From positions 1 through 60,850 of the IMG/VR virus record IMGVR_UViG_3300033149_001248: a stretch of 60,850 bases of DNA; one strand, written 5' to 3'. A program made the position numbers and the translations under genes. The notes under the pieces were generated by a model. The model saw only the letters and a program-made list of their open reading frames with translations, did not search any database and was not told the DNA's origin. Of the stretch, positions 17,358-26,028 are shown piece after piece. Positions within the stretch are counted from its first letter, which is position 1. Every line of letters begins with the position of its first letter. Origin of the DNA: a virus. Taxonomy: Duplodnaviria; Caudoviricetes.

Positions 17358-18215
17358 TTACAAACAACGATTATAGCCCCTCCCGTCTAGCGATTCCCGT
17401 AGGTCCGCTAGGGAAACAATAGCCCGCTGCACGGCTAGGTCTTTTGCCCAGGATTCTAGCCGGAGTATCGCTGCGGGGTGGACTATCTCCTTGGTCAATA
17501 GCCGTTCCCGTTGATCTTCGGGTAGAGCGTAAGGGCCGTGCTTAGCGGCTAACCGCCCAACCCACACGACGGCTCTGGGGTGACTCATAGCTAGAAACTC
17601 CGCCAGCCTCGGGCGGCAAGCCTCGATCCACTCGGGTATCGGCTCGATCTTAGCAGCGTCGATGTTCTCAAGAAACAACTCCCGTAGCAACTCCCCGTAG
17701 CAAGCCTCGCTACCCCCGCAACCGCAACCGATCCGTAACCCGGCTAGGACGGGCAGTCGTTTAAGCCGTTGCTTCCCCTCACGGGTGTCGGTGTACCAGC
17801 CCCGCGCCCTCTGAACCCCGGCCGGGGTATCTACCCGAAACGGCAGCGACCACTCCCGGCTCTTAGGCAGCCATACGTCCGAAGACCGAGGGTCATGAAC
17901 TACTTGCGGCGGACTAAGGGCCGGGAAGCATCCGACTAGGTTAGTGATAGCATAGCTTCGGAAGTCGGGGCCTAACCCCTGGGTAATGACGTAGTCAAGT
18001 AGGTGCCCGGCCGGTCCAACGAACGGTCGCCCAATTACGTTCTCGCTAGCTCCGGGGGCTTCCCCGACAAAGACTACTTCAGCCGGAACCCGACCCCTAG
18101 CTAGTACCACTCGGTTACGACACTGCGATAGCCTACAACGCTGGCATCGAGACCAACGACGGGCGTGTCTCTGGAAGGGGGTCAATCGACTCTTAGCTGG
18201 CTTGGTTGACTTCAT
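17358..18215 (-). CDS. Family-4 uracil-DNA glycosylase with an internal insertion
   Basis: CQRCRL, FVGEAPG, GRPFVGPAG, TNLVGC, EACRP, HPAAILR. Confidence 0.85.
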   Translation of the reverse strand: MKSTKPAKSRLTPFQRHARRWSRCQRCRLSQCRNRVVLARGRVPAEVVFVGEAPGASENVIGRPFVGPAGHLLDYVITQGLGPDFRSYAITNLVGCFPALSPPQVVHDPRSSDVWLPKSREWSLPFRVDTPAGVQRARGWYTDTREGKQRLKRLPVLAGLRIGCGCGGSEACYGELLRELFLENIDAAKIEPIPEWIEACRPRLAEFLAMSHPRAVVWVGRLAAKHGPYALPEDQRERLLTKEIVHPAAILRLESWAKDLAVQRAIVSLADLRESLDGRGYNRCL

Positions 18216-18814
18216 GACCGTTTCCCCTCAATTCGTTTTGCGTATTCGGCTAACAGCAAAGCATCACAGGTACTTAGGGTTATCTGTCGGCCTAGGTCGG
18301 GGAATAGCTCCTGTGCCCGAGCCTTGAGCCGGTTCTTGAACCGGGTCTTGGGTTCGTTCTTCGCCCGGGGGCTGATTCCGAGTAGTTTTTGCCAGGCCCT
18401 AGGCGTCACATCCTCAAACGGGATTCCCCGGCCGACTAGCGCCATGCGTAGCGCTCCATAGCTAGCTCCGAAACGGAACATGTACGAACCCGGTTGGCCG
18501 GGTACCCAGGTGGTAGTACCGCAGGCCTTACACCGTATCGGTCGGCCGGAACCCGTTACGTACCCTCCAACCCGCTCGATTATAGCTAGCCGGTGAACTA
18601 CCTTCGGATCGTTTAGAGCGGCTAGCTCTGCTAGTAAGTGCCACAAGTCAACCTCGGTACTAGGCATCCGGGTAACTGTAGGAGCGGTTTCTATACCTAC
18701 CAACTCCGCTCCCCGTTGATAGGTAGTTACCCTAAGCGCGGCTAGACCCCCGGCTTTACCCGGATCGACCCCTAGATAGACACAGGCCCGTTCAATTACA
18801 GGTAGTTTAGGCAT
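18212..18814 (-). CDS. RuvC-like Holliday junction resolvase with CxxC insertion
   Basis: LGVDPGKAGG, AIIERV, FRFGASYG, VTPRAWQK, DALLLA. Confidence 0.8.
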   Translation of the reverse strand: MPKLPVIERACVYLGVDPGKAGGLAALRVTTYQRGAELVGIETAPTVTRMPSTEVDLWHLLAELAALNDPKVVHRLAIIERVGGYVTGSGRPIRCKACGTTTWVPGQPGSYMFRFGASYGALRMALVGRGIPFEDVTPRAWQKLLGISPRAKNEPKTRFKNRLKARAQELFPDLGRQITLSTCDALLLAEYAKRIEGKRS

Positions 18815-18922
18815 TAGCCGACTCCTTGATAACTCTTAGTTGAACGTTTCTAGTTGTTCTTATATTATAAGTCCTTAATAAAGGCGCCTTAGCGCTAGCG
18901 CGCGCTAAGGCGCTAGCGCGCG

Positions 18923-19114
18923 CTAGCTCTTAGGGTAGATAACCGCTTCAATAGTATCTCCGTTGATCGTTATAGATACCCGGCGGTTGTATCGTACAGC
19001 AGCGTTACGAATCTGGCAAGCCATCCCGTGAGGTTGGCAACTAAAGTCTCGGCCCCGTACCAACACTAGTCGTTTTCGATTCATCCACTTTTTCCACGGG
19101 TAGAGTCGCTTCAT
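18923..19114 (-). CDS. Small basic hypothetical protein (possible DNA binder), first gene of the leftward operon
   Basis: GGAGG RBS; MKRLYPWKKW...LVRGRDF. Confidence 0.55.
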   Translation of the reverse strand: MKRLYPWKKWMNRKRLVLVRGRDFSCQPHGMACQIRNAAVRYNRRVSITINGDTIEAVIYPKS

Positions 19115-19157
19115 GGGAACCCTCCTATGCTTTAGGGAAACGAAACCTACTCTTACA

Positions 19158-19200
19158 ATTATAGCTACCCGGCCGGTGTAGTCCCCGAGCCGGGTATAAT
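19158..19200. promoter_or_regulatory. Divergent TATAAT boxes at the left/right transcription switch
   Basis: TATAAT on minus 19158-19163 and on plus 19195-19200; -35 boxes poor. Confidence 0.45.
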
Positions 19201-19262
19201 CGGAGTAGGAGAGCCAAACAAAACCGTTTTGGAGACTATCCACTAGAGAAAGGGGATGTAAA

Positions 19263-19565
19263 ATGGGTGCCCAAGCCGACAAACAAGTGCCGTGGGAAGT
19301 TGTTAATACAAATCAGGGTTATGCGATTCGCGGTGACTGTAAGGCCTCTAATGGCGCGGTTATTCAACGATATATCGCACAACTTATCCCAGACAAACGC
19401 ACAGCCAAACTCATGGCTTGTGCGAAGAAAATGAAGACACTGCTTGAGGACGTCACCCAATACCTCGCTGATGGACCCACTGGTGAAGAGTCGGGTTGTC
19501 AAGACATCAAGGGGCAGCGCCTTTATCGTGAAATTTGCAAACTGCTCAGGGGGCTGAGAAAGTGA
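19263..19565 (+). CDS. Hypothetical protein
   Basis: RBS and ORF followed by a terminator-like hairpin. Confidence 0.6.
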   Translation: MGAQADKQVPWEVVNTNQGYAIRGDCKASNGAVIQRYIAQLIPDKRTAKLMACAKKMKTLLEDVTQYLADGPTGEESGCQDIKGQRLYREICKLLRGLRK

Positions 19566-19584
19566 GCTATTACACAATCGCAAC

Positions 19585-19660
19585 GGGAGCGGGGGTCGTT
19601 TCTCTCCAGCCACTTCCCCTCGTTCGTCTGTCACCCTACGGCGCCCGCTCCCCTGTTTTT
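19585..19660 (+). terminator. Large-loop hairpin plus T-run
   Basis: GGGAGCGGG/CCCGCTCCC then TGTTTTT. Confidence 0.5.
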
Positions 19661-19700
19661 CTAGCTAGATTCCCCCAGAATCCCCGCAGAAAATGGGGGG

Positions 19701-19729
19701 TTTACTAGCTCCGAACGACTAGCTATAAT
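19701..19729 (+). promoter_or_regulatory. Promoter TTTACT-17-TATAAT
   Basis: Upstream of ORF 19807. Confidence 0.6.
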
Positions 19730-19806
19730 AGCTACATAGGTTTCGTTCCCTACGGTCGGGGAACGGAGAACGGATCAATGGTTTCTAGCTGATTGGAGGA
19801 TCGACC

Positions 19807-21504
19807 ATGGCGAAGTCGAAGACGAAACGGAAGACCGGGGCTAAGGCCCCTACCCCCGCCGTACCCCAGGAGCCTACGGCACGGGTCTGCATCGGGGCAG
19901 ACGCTATAACTGCCGATCAAGCCAAGACGCTCCTAGGCTGGTCGGCGGAAACCGAACAGGTACGCTTCGGCACCGACTACCTACTCAAGGACTACCACGG
20001 GGTAAAGGTCCGTTGTCTCAACAACGTTCATAACCGGCCCCTCTATACGTCGGTGGTACAGACGTTGAAGCAGGAAATTCTCAGAAAGCGCTGGCGATTC
20101 AACGGTGAACCGATCATCGTTGGCAAGAACGGCTCGATCCTGAACGGCCAGCATACCCTAGTCGCCCTGGTACTAGCCGACCAGGAGTGGCGGGAATCCG
20201 AGTGTTGGAAGGCTTACTGGGAAGACGCCCCGGTGATCGAGAAAATGATCGTTTACGGAGTGGGCGAGGCAGACGAAGTAGTCAATACGATGGACACCTG
20301 CAAGCCCCGGTCGCTGACCGACGTAATCTATCGCAGCGAATACTTCGCCCATATCGGTTCTAAGGACCGTAGGGCCTGCGCTCGTATGGCGGACTACGCA
20401 GTGCGGTTGCTTTGGCATCGAACCGGGGCAACCCTCGACGCTTTTGCTCCCCGCCGTACTCACTCGGAGTCGCTAGACTTCATCAACCGGCACCCTAAGA
20501 TTCTCGAAGCCGTAGCGCATATCTATCAGGAAGACCGGGGCAAGCCTATCTCGAAACTCATCCCTGCGGGGTATGCTGCTGGGCTGCTGTATCTGATGGG
20601 CTGCTCGGATACCGACCCGTCAGAGTACCAAGACGCCCAACTGCCTAACGAGTCGTTGCTCGATTGGAGTCGGTGGCCTGAGGCGTGCGACTTTTGGGTA
20701 GCGCTTCAAGCCGACCCGAAGCTAGCCGCTGCCCGCAAGATGTTGCTCATGGGCCGGGAACATGGCATGTCGCACCAAGAACGTTGGGCCGTGGTAGTCA
20801 AGGCCTGGCACGTATTCTTGAAAGGCCGGACGGTTTCCGACTCTGACCTGAGGCTTAGCTATCGGGAAACCGAAGACGGGGTTAGGATTCTTGATGAGTG
20901 CCCCGTGGTTGGAGGCATCGACGTGGGTGATCCCCGATTGGTTGATGAATCGTTGCTTCCCGGCAAAGACCCGACCCCCCAGGAGATAGAGCAACGAGCC
21001 AAACAGGTACGGGAGAAACGAAACGGCCAAAAGCCTAAAGCCTCAACCAAGCGACGGCCTAAGCTCAAGCCTCACAAGGCCGGAAACGATTGGGCTGTTG
21101 GTGACGTAGCCTGGGTAGTCGATCCGGGTATGCCGGATGAACCCTACCTGGCGCGAATCGTTGATGTTTATGACTTGGGGCATGAAGAGGTAGCGATAAC
21201 CGTTGAGGATCAAGACGGCAATCAGTGGGAAGCTAGGCCGGATTGGCTTCAGCTAGAACCGGCTACGACCAAAACCGAGTCGGCTAATTCCCCTTCCCCC
21301 CAGAAACGGAAACGCCAAACGGCTCCCAAATTGGGCAAGACCTATTGGGTTAACGAACCGGACGGGGAACCTTGGCGGGGCAAGCTCATGAACCTAGACG
21401 GAGAAACGGCTACCCTCAAAGTGATTAACGGGTTTCAGGGGGCGGGCACAAAGCGTCAAACCCCCGTTGCCCGTCTAAGTACGGAGCAACCCGTGCGGGA
21501 CTAG
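19807..21504 (+). CDS. ParB/Srx-like N-terminal domain protein with C-terminal SH3/KOW-like modules
   Basis: WRFNGEPII...LNGQHTLVAL resembles the DGQHRL motif; two short beta-rich C-terminal modules. Confidence 0.55.
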   Translation: MAKSKTKRKTGAKAPTPAVPQEPTARVCIGADAITADQAKTLLGWSAETEQVRFGTDYLLKDYHGVKVRCLNNVHNRPLYTSVVQTLKQEILRKRWRFNGEPIIVGKNGSILNGQHTLVALVLADQEWRESECWKAYWEDAPVIEKMIVYGVGEADEVVNTMDTCKPRSLTDVIYRSEYFAHIGSKDRRACARMADYAVRLLWHRTGATLDAFAPRRTHSESLDFINRHPKILEAVAHIYQEDRGKPISKLIPAGYAAGLLYLMGCSDTDPSEYQDAQLPNESLLDWSRWPEACDFWVALQADPKLAAARKMLLMGREHGMSHQERWAVVVKAWHVFLKGRTVSDSDLRLSYRETEDGVRILDECPVVGGIDVGDPRLVDESLLPGKDPTPQEIEQRAKQVREKRNGQKPKASTKRRPKLKPHKAGNDWAVGDVAWVVDPGMPDEPYLARIVDVYDLGHEEVAITVEDQDGNQWEARPDWLQLEPATTKTESANSPSPQKRKRQTAPKLGKTYWVNEPDGEPWRGKLMNLDGETATLKVINGFQGAGTKRQTPVARLSTEQPVRD

Positions 21505-21521
21505 CTCCTACCTTTCCCCAG

Positions 21522-21583
21522 AAACCCTAGGGCGGGGTGGGGGTTTCCGGCCGGATTCCCGGCCCCGTTGCCCTAGGGTTTTT
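21522..21583 (+). terminator. Hairpin terminator
   Basis: AAACCCTAGGGC/GCCCTAGGGTTT plus T-run. Confidence 0.6.
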
Positions 21584-21691
21584 GGCGGAAAATTTGGGGT
21601 TTTTCAAAAAAACTTGTCGCCCTAAGTCCTTAATTTTCAACTACTTAGGAAACCGGCCCAGAAAAACTTGATAAAATTGGGGTTATGGGGG

Positions 21692-21719
21692 TTGACTTGT
21701 TCAACCGATTAGGTATAAT
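21692..21719 (+). promoter_or_regulatory. Early promoter TTGACT-16-TATAAT
   Basis: Near-consensus, AT-rich upstream region, heads the small-gene array. Confidence 0.8.
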
Positions 21720-21832
21720 AGACCGTAGAACGATTGAGATTTACGGTTCTTTGAAAATTTGAGCGGCCCCGACCTCCAGGCCCTGGTGGTGGACCGGTAC
21801 AAAGCCCGGCGGGGATGGGCGAACGAACCGAA

Positions 21833-21907
21833 ACCGAAAACTCCGCTCCTCAAACGAGCGGGGTTCGCGTAGGGCTGGGCTCCCTACGCCTGATGATGGT
21901 AGCCCGG
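21833..21907 (+). ncRNA. Type II hammerhead ribozyme with loop-I pseudoknot; predicted cleavage after C21866
   Basis: ACC-GAAA-stem III (10 bp)-UC-stem I (8 bp, loop CUGGGCU)-CUGAUGA-U-GGU-AGCCCGG. Confidence 0.88.
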
Positions 21908-21936
21908 TTTTTCGACTCTTTATAGGGAGAACGGTC

Positions 21937-22110
21937 ATGGCTAACAAAGAAACGAAGGATAAGCCCCACAAATCTATTGAGATTTACGGGGTACGGGGGC
22001 TCAAGAGCCGACCCTTCCGACGGGTTTTTAATAGTCAACGAGCGCTCGAACGTTGGCTTGAGAAAAACGGAGACGATTGCGAAGTTTACGGGTATCGGGA
22101 ACTCAACTAA
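21937..22110 (+). CDS. 57-aa hypothetical early protein (below track cutoff)
   Basis: GGGAGA RBS; MANKETKDKPHKSIEIYGVRG... Confidence 0.65.
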   Translation: MANKETKDKPHKSIEIYGVRGLKSRPFRRVFNSQRALERWLEKNGDDCEVYGYRELN

Positions 22111-22167
22111 ATTCAGAAGATAGGAACCCGGTTTTCGATTCTATTACGCTAGCCTAGGGGAACGATC

Positions 22168-22506
22168 ATGGCGACCACGAAAAATGTTAGCTTCCGGGCG
22201 GGTTATAGTCGAATGAACCTGACTATCCCACGGCGGCACGCCCGCCACCTGCTCTCCGTCTTGGGGTTCTACCCGGACGGGATTCTCAGCGAGCCGGAAG
22301 GCGAGCTAGATGCCGGAGAATTGTATATCGCTATCGCTCAGCTGCGGCATAAAATCATGCTGGGCGAGGATTCCGGCCTGGCTCTGGCTCCGACTAAAAA
22401 CGATTCGGGGCTTACCCGAGAGCAATTCGTTGAGCTGCTGGACCGATTCTCTCGGGTCGTCCAACGGGCCGTCGATATTTGGACCGACGTGCTCTACGTT
22501 GCTTAG
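22168..22506 (+). CDS. Hypothetical early protein (paralog of next gene)
   Basis: RBS; NLTIPRRHARHLLSVLGF...GELDA. Confidence 0.7.
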   Translation: MATTKNVSFRAGYSRMNLTIPRRHARHLLSVLGFYPDGILSEPEGELDAGELYIAIAQLRHKIMLGEDSGLALAPTKNDSGLTREQFVELLDRFSRVVQRAVDIWTDVLYVA

Positions 22507-22541
22507 TCCGGCTTACCCCTACCCTATCTAGGAGAAACACC

Positions 22542-22901
22542 ATGGCGCTTACGTTTACCGCAGGCACGGATTACGATATTACCATCTCCAACGTCAACGC
22601 CCGATGGCTTCTGGAAGCGCTCGGGTACGATACCCGGGAGCTTCTGGACGAAACGGGGTGGACGGGGGAGCTTAACCCCGTTGACCTGGGTCGGCGGTTG
22701 GTAAAGCTCGACCTGGCCCGTACCTACCAACCGACGGAGTTTACTCGGAGCGGTCGGGTAGAAAAGGATGCCGATGGCGTCACGGTCTATGACGGCGGGA
22801 TTGACCCGCTCCGGCTCGACGATTATATCGTTGGGCTTCAACAACTGGCCCTGGCCGCTATCGTAATGGAGGGCTCGGATCACGTGATCCGATATTACTA
22901 A
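22542..22901 (+). CDS. Hypothetical early protein
   Basis: GGAGA RBS before MALTFTAG; DITISNVNARWLLEALGY...GELNP. Confidence 0.7.
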   Translation: MALTFTAGTDYDITISNVNARWLLEALGYDTRELLDETGWTGELNPVDLGRRLVKLDLARTYQPTEFTRSGRVEKDADGVTVYDGGIDPLRLDDYIVGLQQLALAAIVMEGSDHVIRYY

Positions 22902-22908
22902 TCCCGAC

Positions 22909-22957
22909 TCCGCCCGTGCCGGAAAACGGAACGGCCGAATCGCACGGGGATTCGGCC
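22909..22957 (+). ncRNA. Kissing-hairpin motif copy 1
   Basis: TCCG[CCCGTGC]CGGA ... GGCCGAATC[GCACGGG]GATTCGGCC. Confidence 0.75.
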
Positions 22958-22996
22958 CCCTAGTACTACCCCTCACTTTGCCTAGGAGAAACGATC

Positions 22997-23368
22997 ATGG
23001 CTACCACCTACAAGACGTTCAACCGGAATACGATTCGGGGTGCTTTTCGGCGGGTTGCCGAATCGGTAGGGTTCCGTTTCCGGGGCGCTGAGACGCAGCC
23101 CTACAATTTTATCAGTTGGTTCGACTACCCGGCCGGGGTGAAGACCCCGACCGGCCGTTATAAGGCTATCCGCCGTCTGCTCAAAGCCCTGGACGAAAAC
23201 GGGGTACTGGCCCAATCTACGGGTCACGAAGGGGAATGGATAATCGGCAATAACCTGGCCTGGCTTTCGCTGGACGACCGAGAAGTGGTCGGAGCCGACT
23301 TCGTACTGGAAGTGCCCCGAACCGCCCGCACAGCGTTGTTCCGCCGGTATGGTCGTGAGGCCGAATAG
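22997..23368 (+). CDS. Hypothetical early protein
   Basis: CTAGGAGAAACGATC RBS. Confidence 0.7.
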   Translation: MATTYKTFNRNTIRGAFRRVAESVGFRFRGAETQPYNFISWFDYPAGVKTPTGRYKAIRRLLKALDENGVLAQSTGHEGEWIIGNNLAWLSLDDREVVGADFVLEVPRTARTALFRRYGREAE

Positions 23369-23439
23369 TCCGATAGGTTACGTTCGGGTCGGGCCGGTTT
23401 TCCGGCCCGGCCTAACCTTAACTACCTGGAGAAACGATT

Positions 23440-23862
23440 ATGTCTAGCCCGAGAATGCTGCTCTGCGACACCGTTGACCGAATCTATAACGAACTCCAAA
23501 AGCCGATTAACCGATTCAAGCATGCCGTCGAAGACGACGGCCCGACTTACGCCGTCCGCTATTGCTTGTTTGAAGCATTGGTTGCCGAAGCGCTCCGCGA
23601 ATCGCTAGCGGAGTTTCAGGCCGACGTTCCCACCCAAGACGCGGTACGGGGGTGGCTCGACCAGCTAATCGAGGCGAAGACCGAAGAAACGCTGCGATGT
23701 GCAGCGGAGTTTGCTAGCCGTGACCATAACCCGGAAACCGCCGCTCGCCGTAGGGCGTTGGTCGTCTTCGTCCACCTGCTCAAGCAGTTGGCTACGGCTT
23801 GGCGAGCCGTCACCGAGGACGGGGCCGACCCCGTAACGGCCTTTGAAACCGTCACTGTCTGA
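23440..23862 (+). CDS. Hypothetical early protein
   Basis: GGAGAAACGATT RBS. Confidence 0.7.
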   Translation: MSSPRMLLCDTVDRIYNELQKPINRFKHAVEDDGPTYAVRYCLFEALVAEALRESLAEFQADVPTQDAVRGWLDQLIEAKTEETLRCAAEFASRDHNPETAARRRALVVFVHLLKQLATAWRAVTEDGADPVTAFETVTV

Positions 23863-23889
23863 GCTCCTCGTTTCGCTAGCCTAGGGAGA

Positions 23890-24144
23890 ATGACTATGAA
23901 AAAGCCAATTCGCTGCTATGGCCAATACGCTAGCCCTAACATCGTACAGGAAGTCTATGAGACGGCCAGTCGTGACGCTGGCCGTCGGGTTCGCCAGCTA
24001 CGGAAAGCCGGATTCCAAGCGGTTAGCAGTCCGATGGGGCCACAGGTCACCCCGGTCGGGGTTGTTAAGCTCACCATGGTAACTATCTTTACTACCGAGT
24101 CGGAGCGGTTGCCGACGGACAATTGGAAACTCATAAGGCTCTAG
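23890..24144 (+). CDS. Hypothetical early protein
   Basis: CTAGCCTAGGGAGAA leader. Confidence 0.7.
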   Translation: MTMKKPIRCYGQYASPNIVQEVYETASRDAGRRVRQLRKAGFQAVSSPMGPQVTPVGVVKLTMVTIFTTESERLPTDNWKLIRL

Positions 24145-24203
24145 TCTAGGGAAAGCTAACCGGCTTTCTCTGTTTCGTTTCCTCTAGCCTAGGGAGAACG
24201 ATT

Positions 24204-24494
24204 ATGGAACGATTTTGGTTGACTTGGGGTCCGCAGCGGTTTCCTCAATTTATGTGTTTCACCGTTTGCGGAGAACAGGTCAAGGTTGTCGGACCTATCG
24301 GGTCGGGCTTCGTTGACCGCTCCGTCATGTCCCGTAACGAAGCGCGAACCCTGTGGCGTAGGTATCTTAGCCGGGGTTGGCGTCCGGCCGACCCGGCTAT
24401 CGTACCACCATGGGTAGCCCGCAAGGCCCGTAGGCTGGCCGTAGGGGATACGACGGTTTTCAATTTGGAAACCCCGGCCCGTCCGGTCTGCTAG
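24204..24494 (+). CDS. Hypothetical early protein
   Basis: CTAGCCTAGGGAGAA leader. Confidence 0.7.
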   Translation: MERFWLTWGPQRFPQFMCFTVCGEQVKVVGPIGSGFVDRSVMSRNEARTLWRRYLSRGWRPADPAIVPPWVARKARRLAVGDTTVFNLETPARPVC

Positions 24495-24502
24495 AAACCC
24501 AG

Positions 24503-24555
24503 CCCTGCCCGCACCAGGGAAGCGACGCCCGACCGAACCGTGCGGGGGTTCGGTC
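24503..24555 (+). ncRNA. Kissing-hairpin motif copy 2
   Basis: CCCTG[CCCGCAC]CAGGG ... GACCGAACC[GTGCGGG]GGTTCGGTC. Confidence 0.75.
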
Positions 24556-24684
24556 TTCGCTCCGTCTAGGAGACAGCCATGAATCTCCAAGAACCAGTTG
24601 ACCGGGGCTATCGTCCAAGCATGGCCTGACGCTACGGAATACCAGCGCGGACGGCCCTAATCTTCGAGCAATAGGGAGCCCACG

Positions 24685-25143
24685 ATGTGCTACCTAGTAC
24701 TAATCGACGGTCAGGTACGTGGCCGCCACACCCGGCTTGCATATGCCAATCGGGCGGCCCGAGCATATGCTGCTAGCCGACCGGGTAGAGTCGTGCTAGT
24801 AGTTAAGCAGACGGGGAAACGGCGCAGGCCTGTAGCGCTGGCCTACAAAGTCCTAGGTTCCCGACCCGTACCTATGGGGTTGGTAGTAACCCGGCTCCTA
24901 CGGCTACTGCGTCGTTGGCGAGCTAACGAAAGCACCCCGCAAAACTTCGGTTGGTTCGATGGGGATTATGAGCGGCAGCTAGAGCAGGCCGCGGCAAGCC
25001 TAATCCGCTCCCACGGGTATGACCCCGATACGTTTTGGGAGCGGGTACGAGCGGTTACAACCGACCACTGGGCGACCAAATACCTCAGTTGGTTGCCCCT
25101 AGGCGACTACCTACCTTCGACCATTAAGCCTTTCGGAGAATAG
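24685..25143 (+). CDS. Hypothetical early protein
   Basis: GGGAG RBS, co-oriented ORF. Confidence 0.65.
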   Translation: MCYLVLIDGQVRGRHTRLAYANRAARAYAASRPGRVVLVVKQTGKRRRPVALAYKVLGSRPVPMGLVVTRLLRLLRRWRANESTPQNFGWFDGDYERQLEQAAASLIRSHGYDPDTFWERVRAVTTDHWATKYLSWLPLGDYLPSTIKPFGE

Positions 25144-25145
25144 CC

Positions 25146-25346
25146 ATGAACCTAACCGAGTTTGAACGCTGCCGTAAGACCCTCACCGACGCGATTCGGG
25201 TAGCCGGTCGGGTCGAGCGGCAGACCGGCCTTCCTGCCTACGTATATCGACAGACGACCGGCCCTGAGCCGGTTTTCGTAATCGTATCCCGCCCACCGAT
25301 TCATGGTACGTGGTGGGATAGCGACGGAGTGAAGCACGAATCCTAA
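25146..25346 (+). CDS. Hypothetical early protein
   Basis: GGAG RBS, coupled to previous gene. Confidence 0.6.
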   Translation: MNLTEFERCRKTLTDAIRVAGRVERQTGLPAYVYRQTTGPEPVFVIVSRPPIHGTWWDSDGVKHES

Positions 25347-25382
25347 CCCCCTACCCCCGTTTTTTCGCAAGGAGAACTGACC

Positions 25383-25586
25383 ATGAAAGCAACTGAACTC
25401 CGAATCAACGAAGTCTATTTGGCGAAGGTTTCTGGCCGAATCGTGCCCGTGCGGTTGGACCGGATTCAACTACGTATCCACCATAGCTCCGGTCGGGCCT
25501 ACAGGGAGTATCATGTAACAAACCTCAGAACGGGCCGCAAGCTAACCTTCCGAAGCCCCCAGCGCTTTCGACGCTCCGCCGTCTAG
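25383..25586 (+). CDS. Small basic hypothetical protein
   Basis: AAGGAG RBS; YLAKVSGRIVPVRL...TNLRTGRKLTFRS. Confidence 0.7.
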   Translation: MKATELRINEVYLAKVSGRIVPVRLDRIQLRIHHSSGRAYREYHVTNLRTGRKLTFRSPQRFRRSAV

Positions 25587-25597
25587 CAACGAGAACC

Positions 25598-25647
25598 CCG
25601 CCCGCGCCGGAATTGCCCTGGGCCGTTGCTGCGCGGGAGCGCGGCCC
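25598..25647 (+). ncRNA. Kissing-hairpin motif copy 3
   Basis: CCG[CCCGCGC]CGG ... GGGCCGTTGCT[GCGCGGG]AGCGCGGCCC. Confidence 0.7.
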
Positions 25648-25667
25648 AACCCTAGTGGAGGAAAACA

Positions 25668-26021
25668 ATGGGCGTAAAGATTCCACGTATAATCAGCCAC
25701 AAAAACATGGGTCCATTGCTGAAAGCGTTGTCCGAAGAACCCTGTTATCAACCAGGGTCGCAGACAGCGCCGCAGCCAGAGGATTGGCACCAACGGCCGG
25801 TTTGGTTAGAGGTGCCTGTTGGTGAATTGGTCCGGGATGAACTAACGACTTTAGCGCTGGTGGGGCGCAACCCATACGAAATTGTGCCCTTGACCGGGAA
25901 GGAAGGATTCCGTGCCCAAGGTTTGGAGGGGAAAGTCCGTATTCGGAAGACCCTCTTTGCGGCCTTGATGGCTCTTCGAGACATTGTGCCTCAATATCGG
26001 GGTCGAATCGTGGTAAGCTAG
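25668..26021 (+). CDS. Hypothetical early protein
   Basis: GGAGG RBS. Confidence 0.65.
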   Translation: MGVKIPRIISHKNMGPLLKALSEEPCYQPGSQTAPQPEDWHQRPVWLEVPVGELVRDELTTLALVGRNPYEIVPLTGKEGFRAQGLEGKVRIRKTLFAALMALRDIVPQYRGRIVVS

Positions 26022-26028
26022 CTCTTGC

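Noticed and set aside
21762-21820. Twister-ribozyme-like string CCGGTACAAAGCCCGG upstream of the hammerhead
   Set aside because: No UAA cleavage-site segment and no partner for the T1 pseudoknot; structured, but not callable as a twister
24579-24629. 16-codon ORF after a strong CTAGGAGA RBS
   Set aside because: Too short to support; may be a decayed early gene
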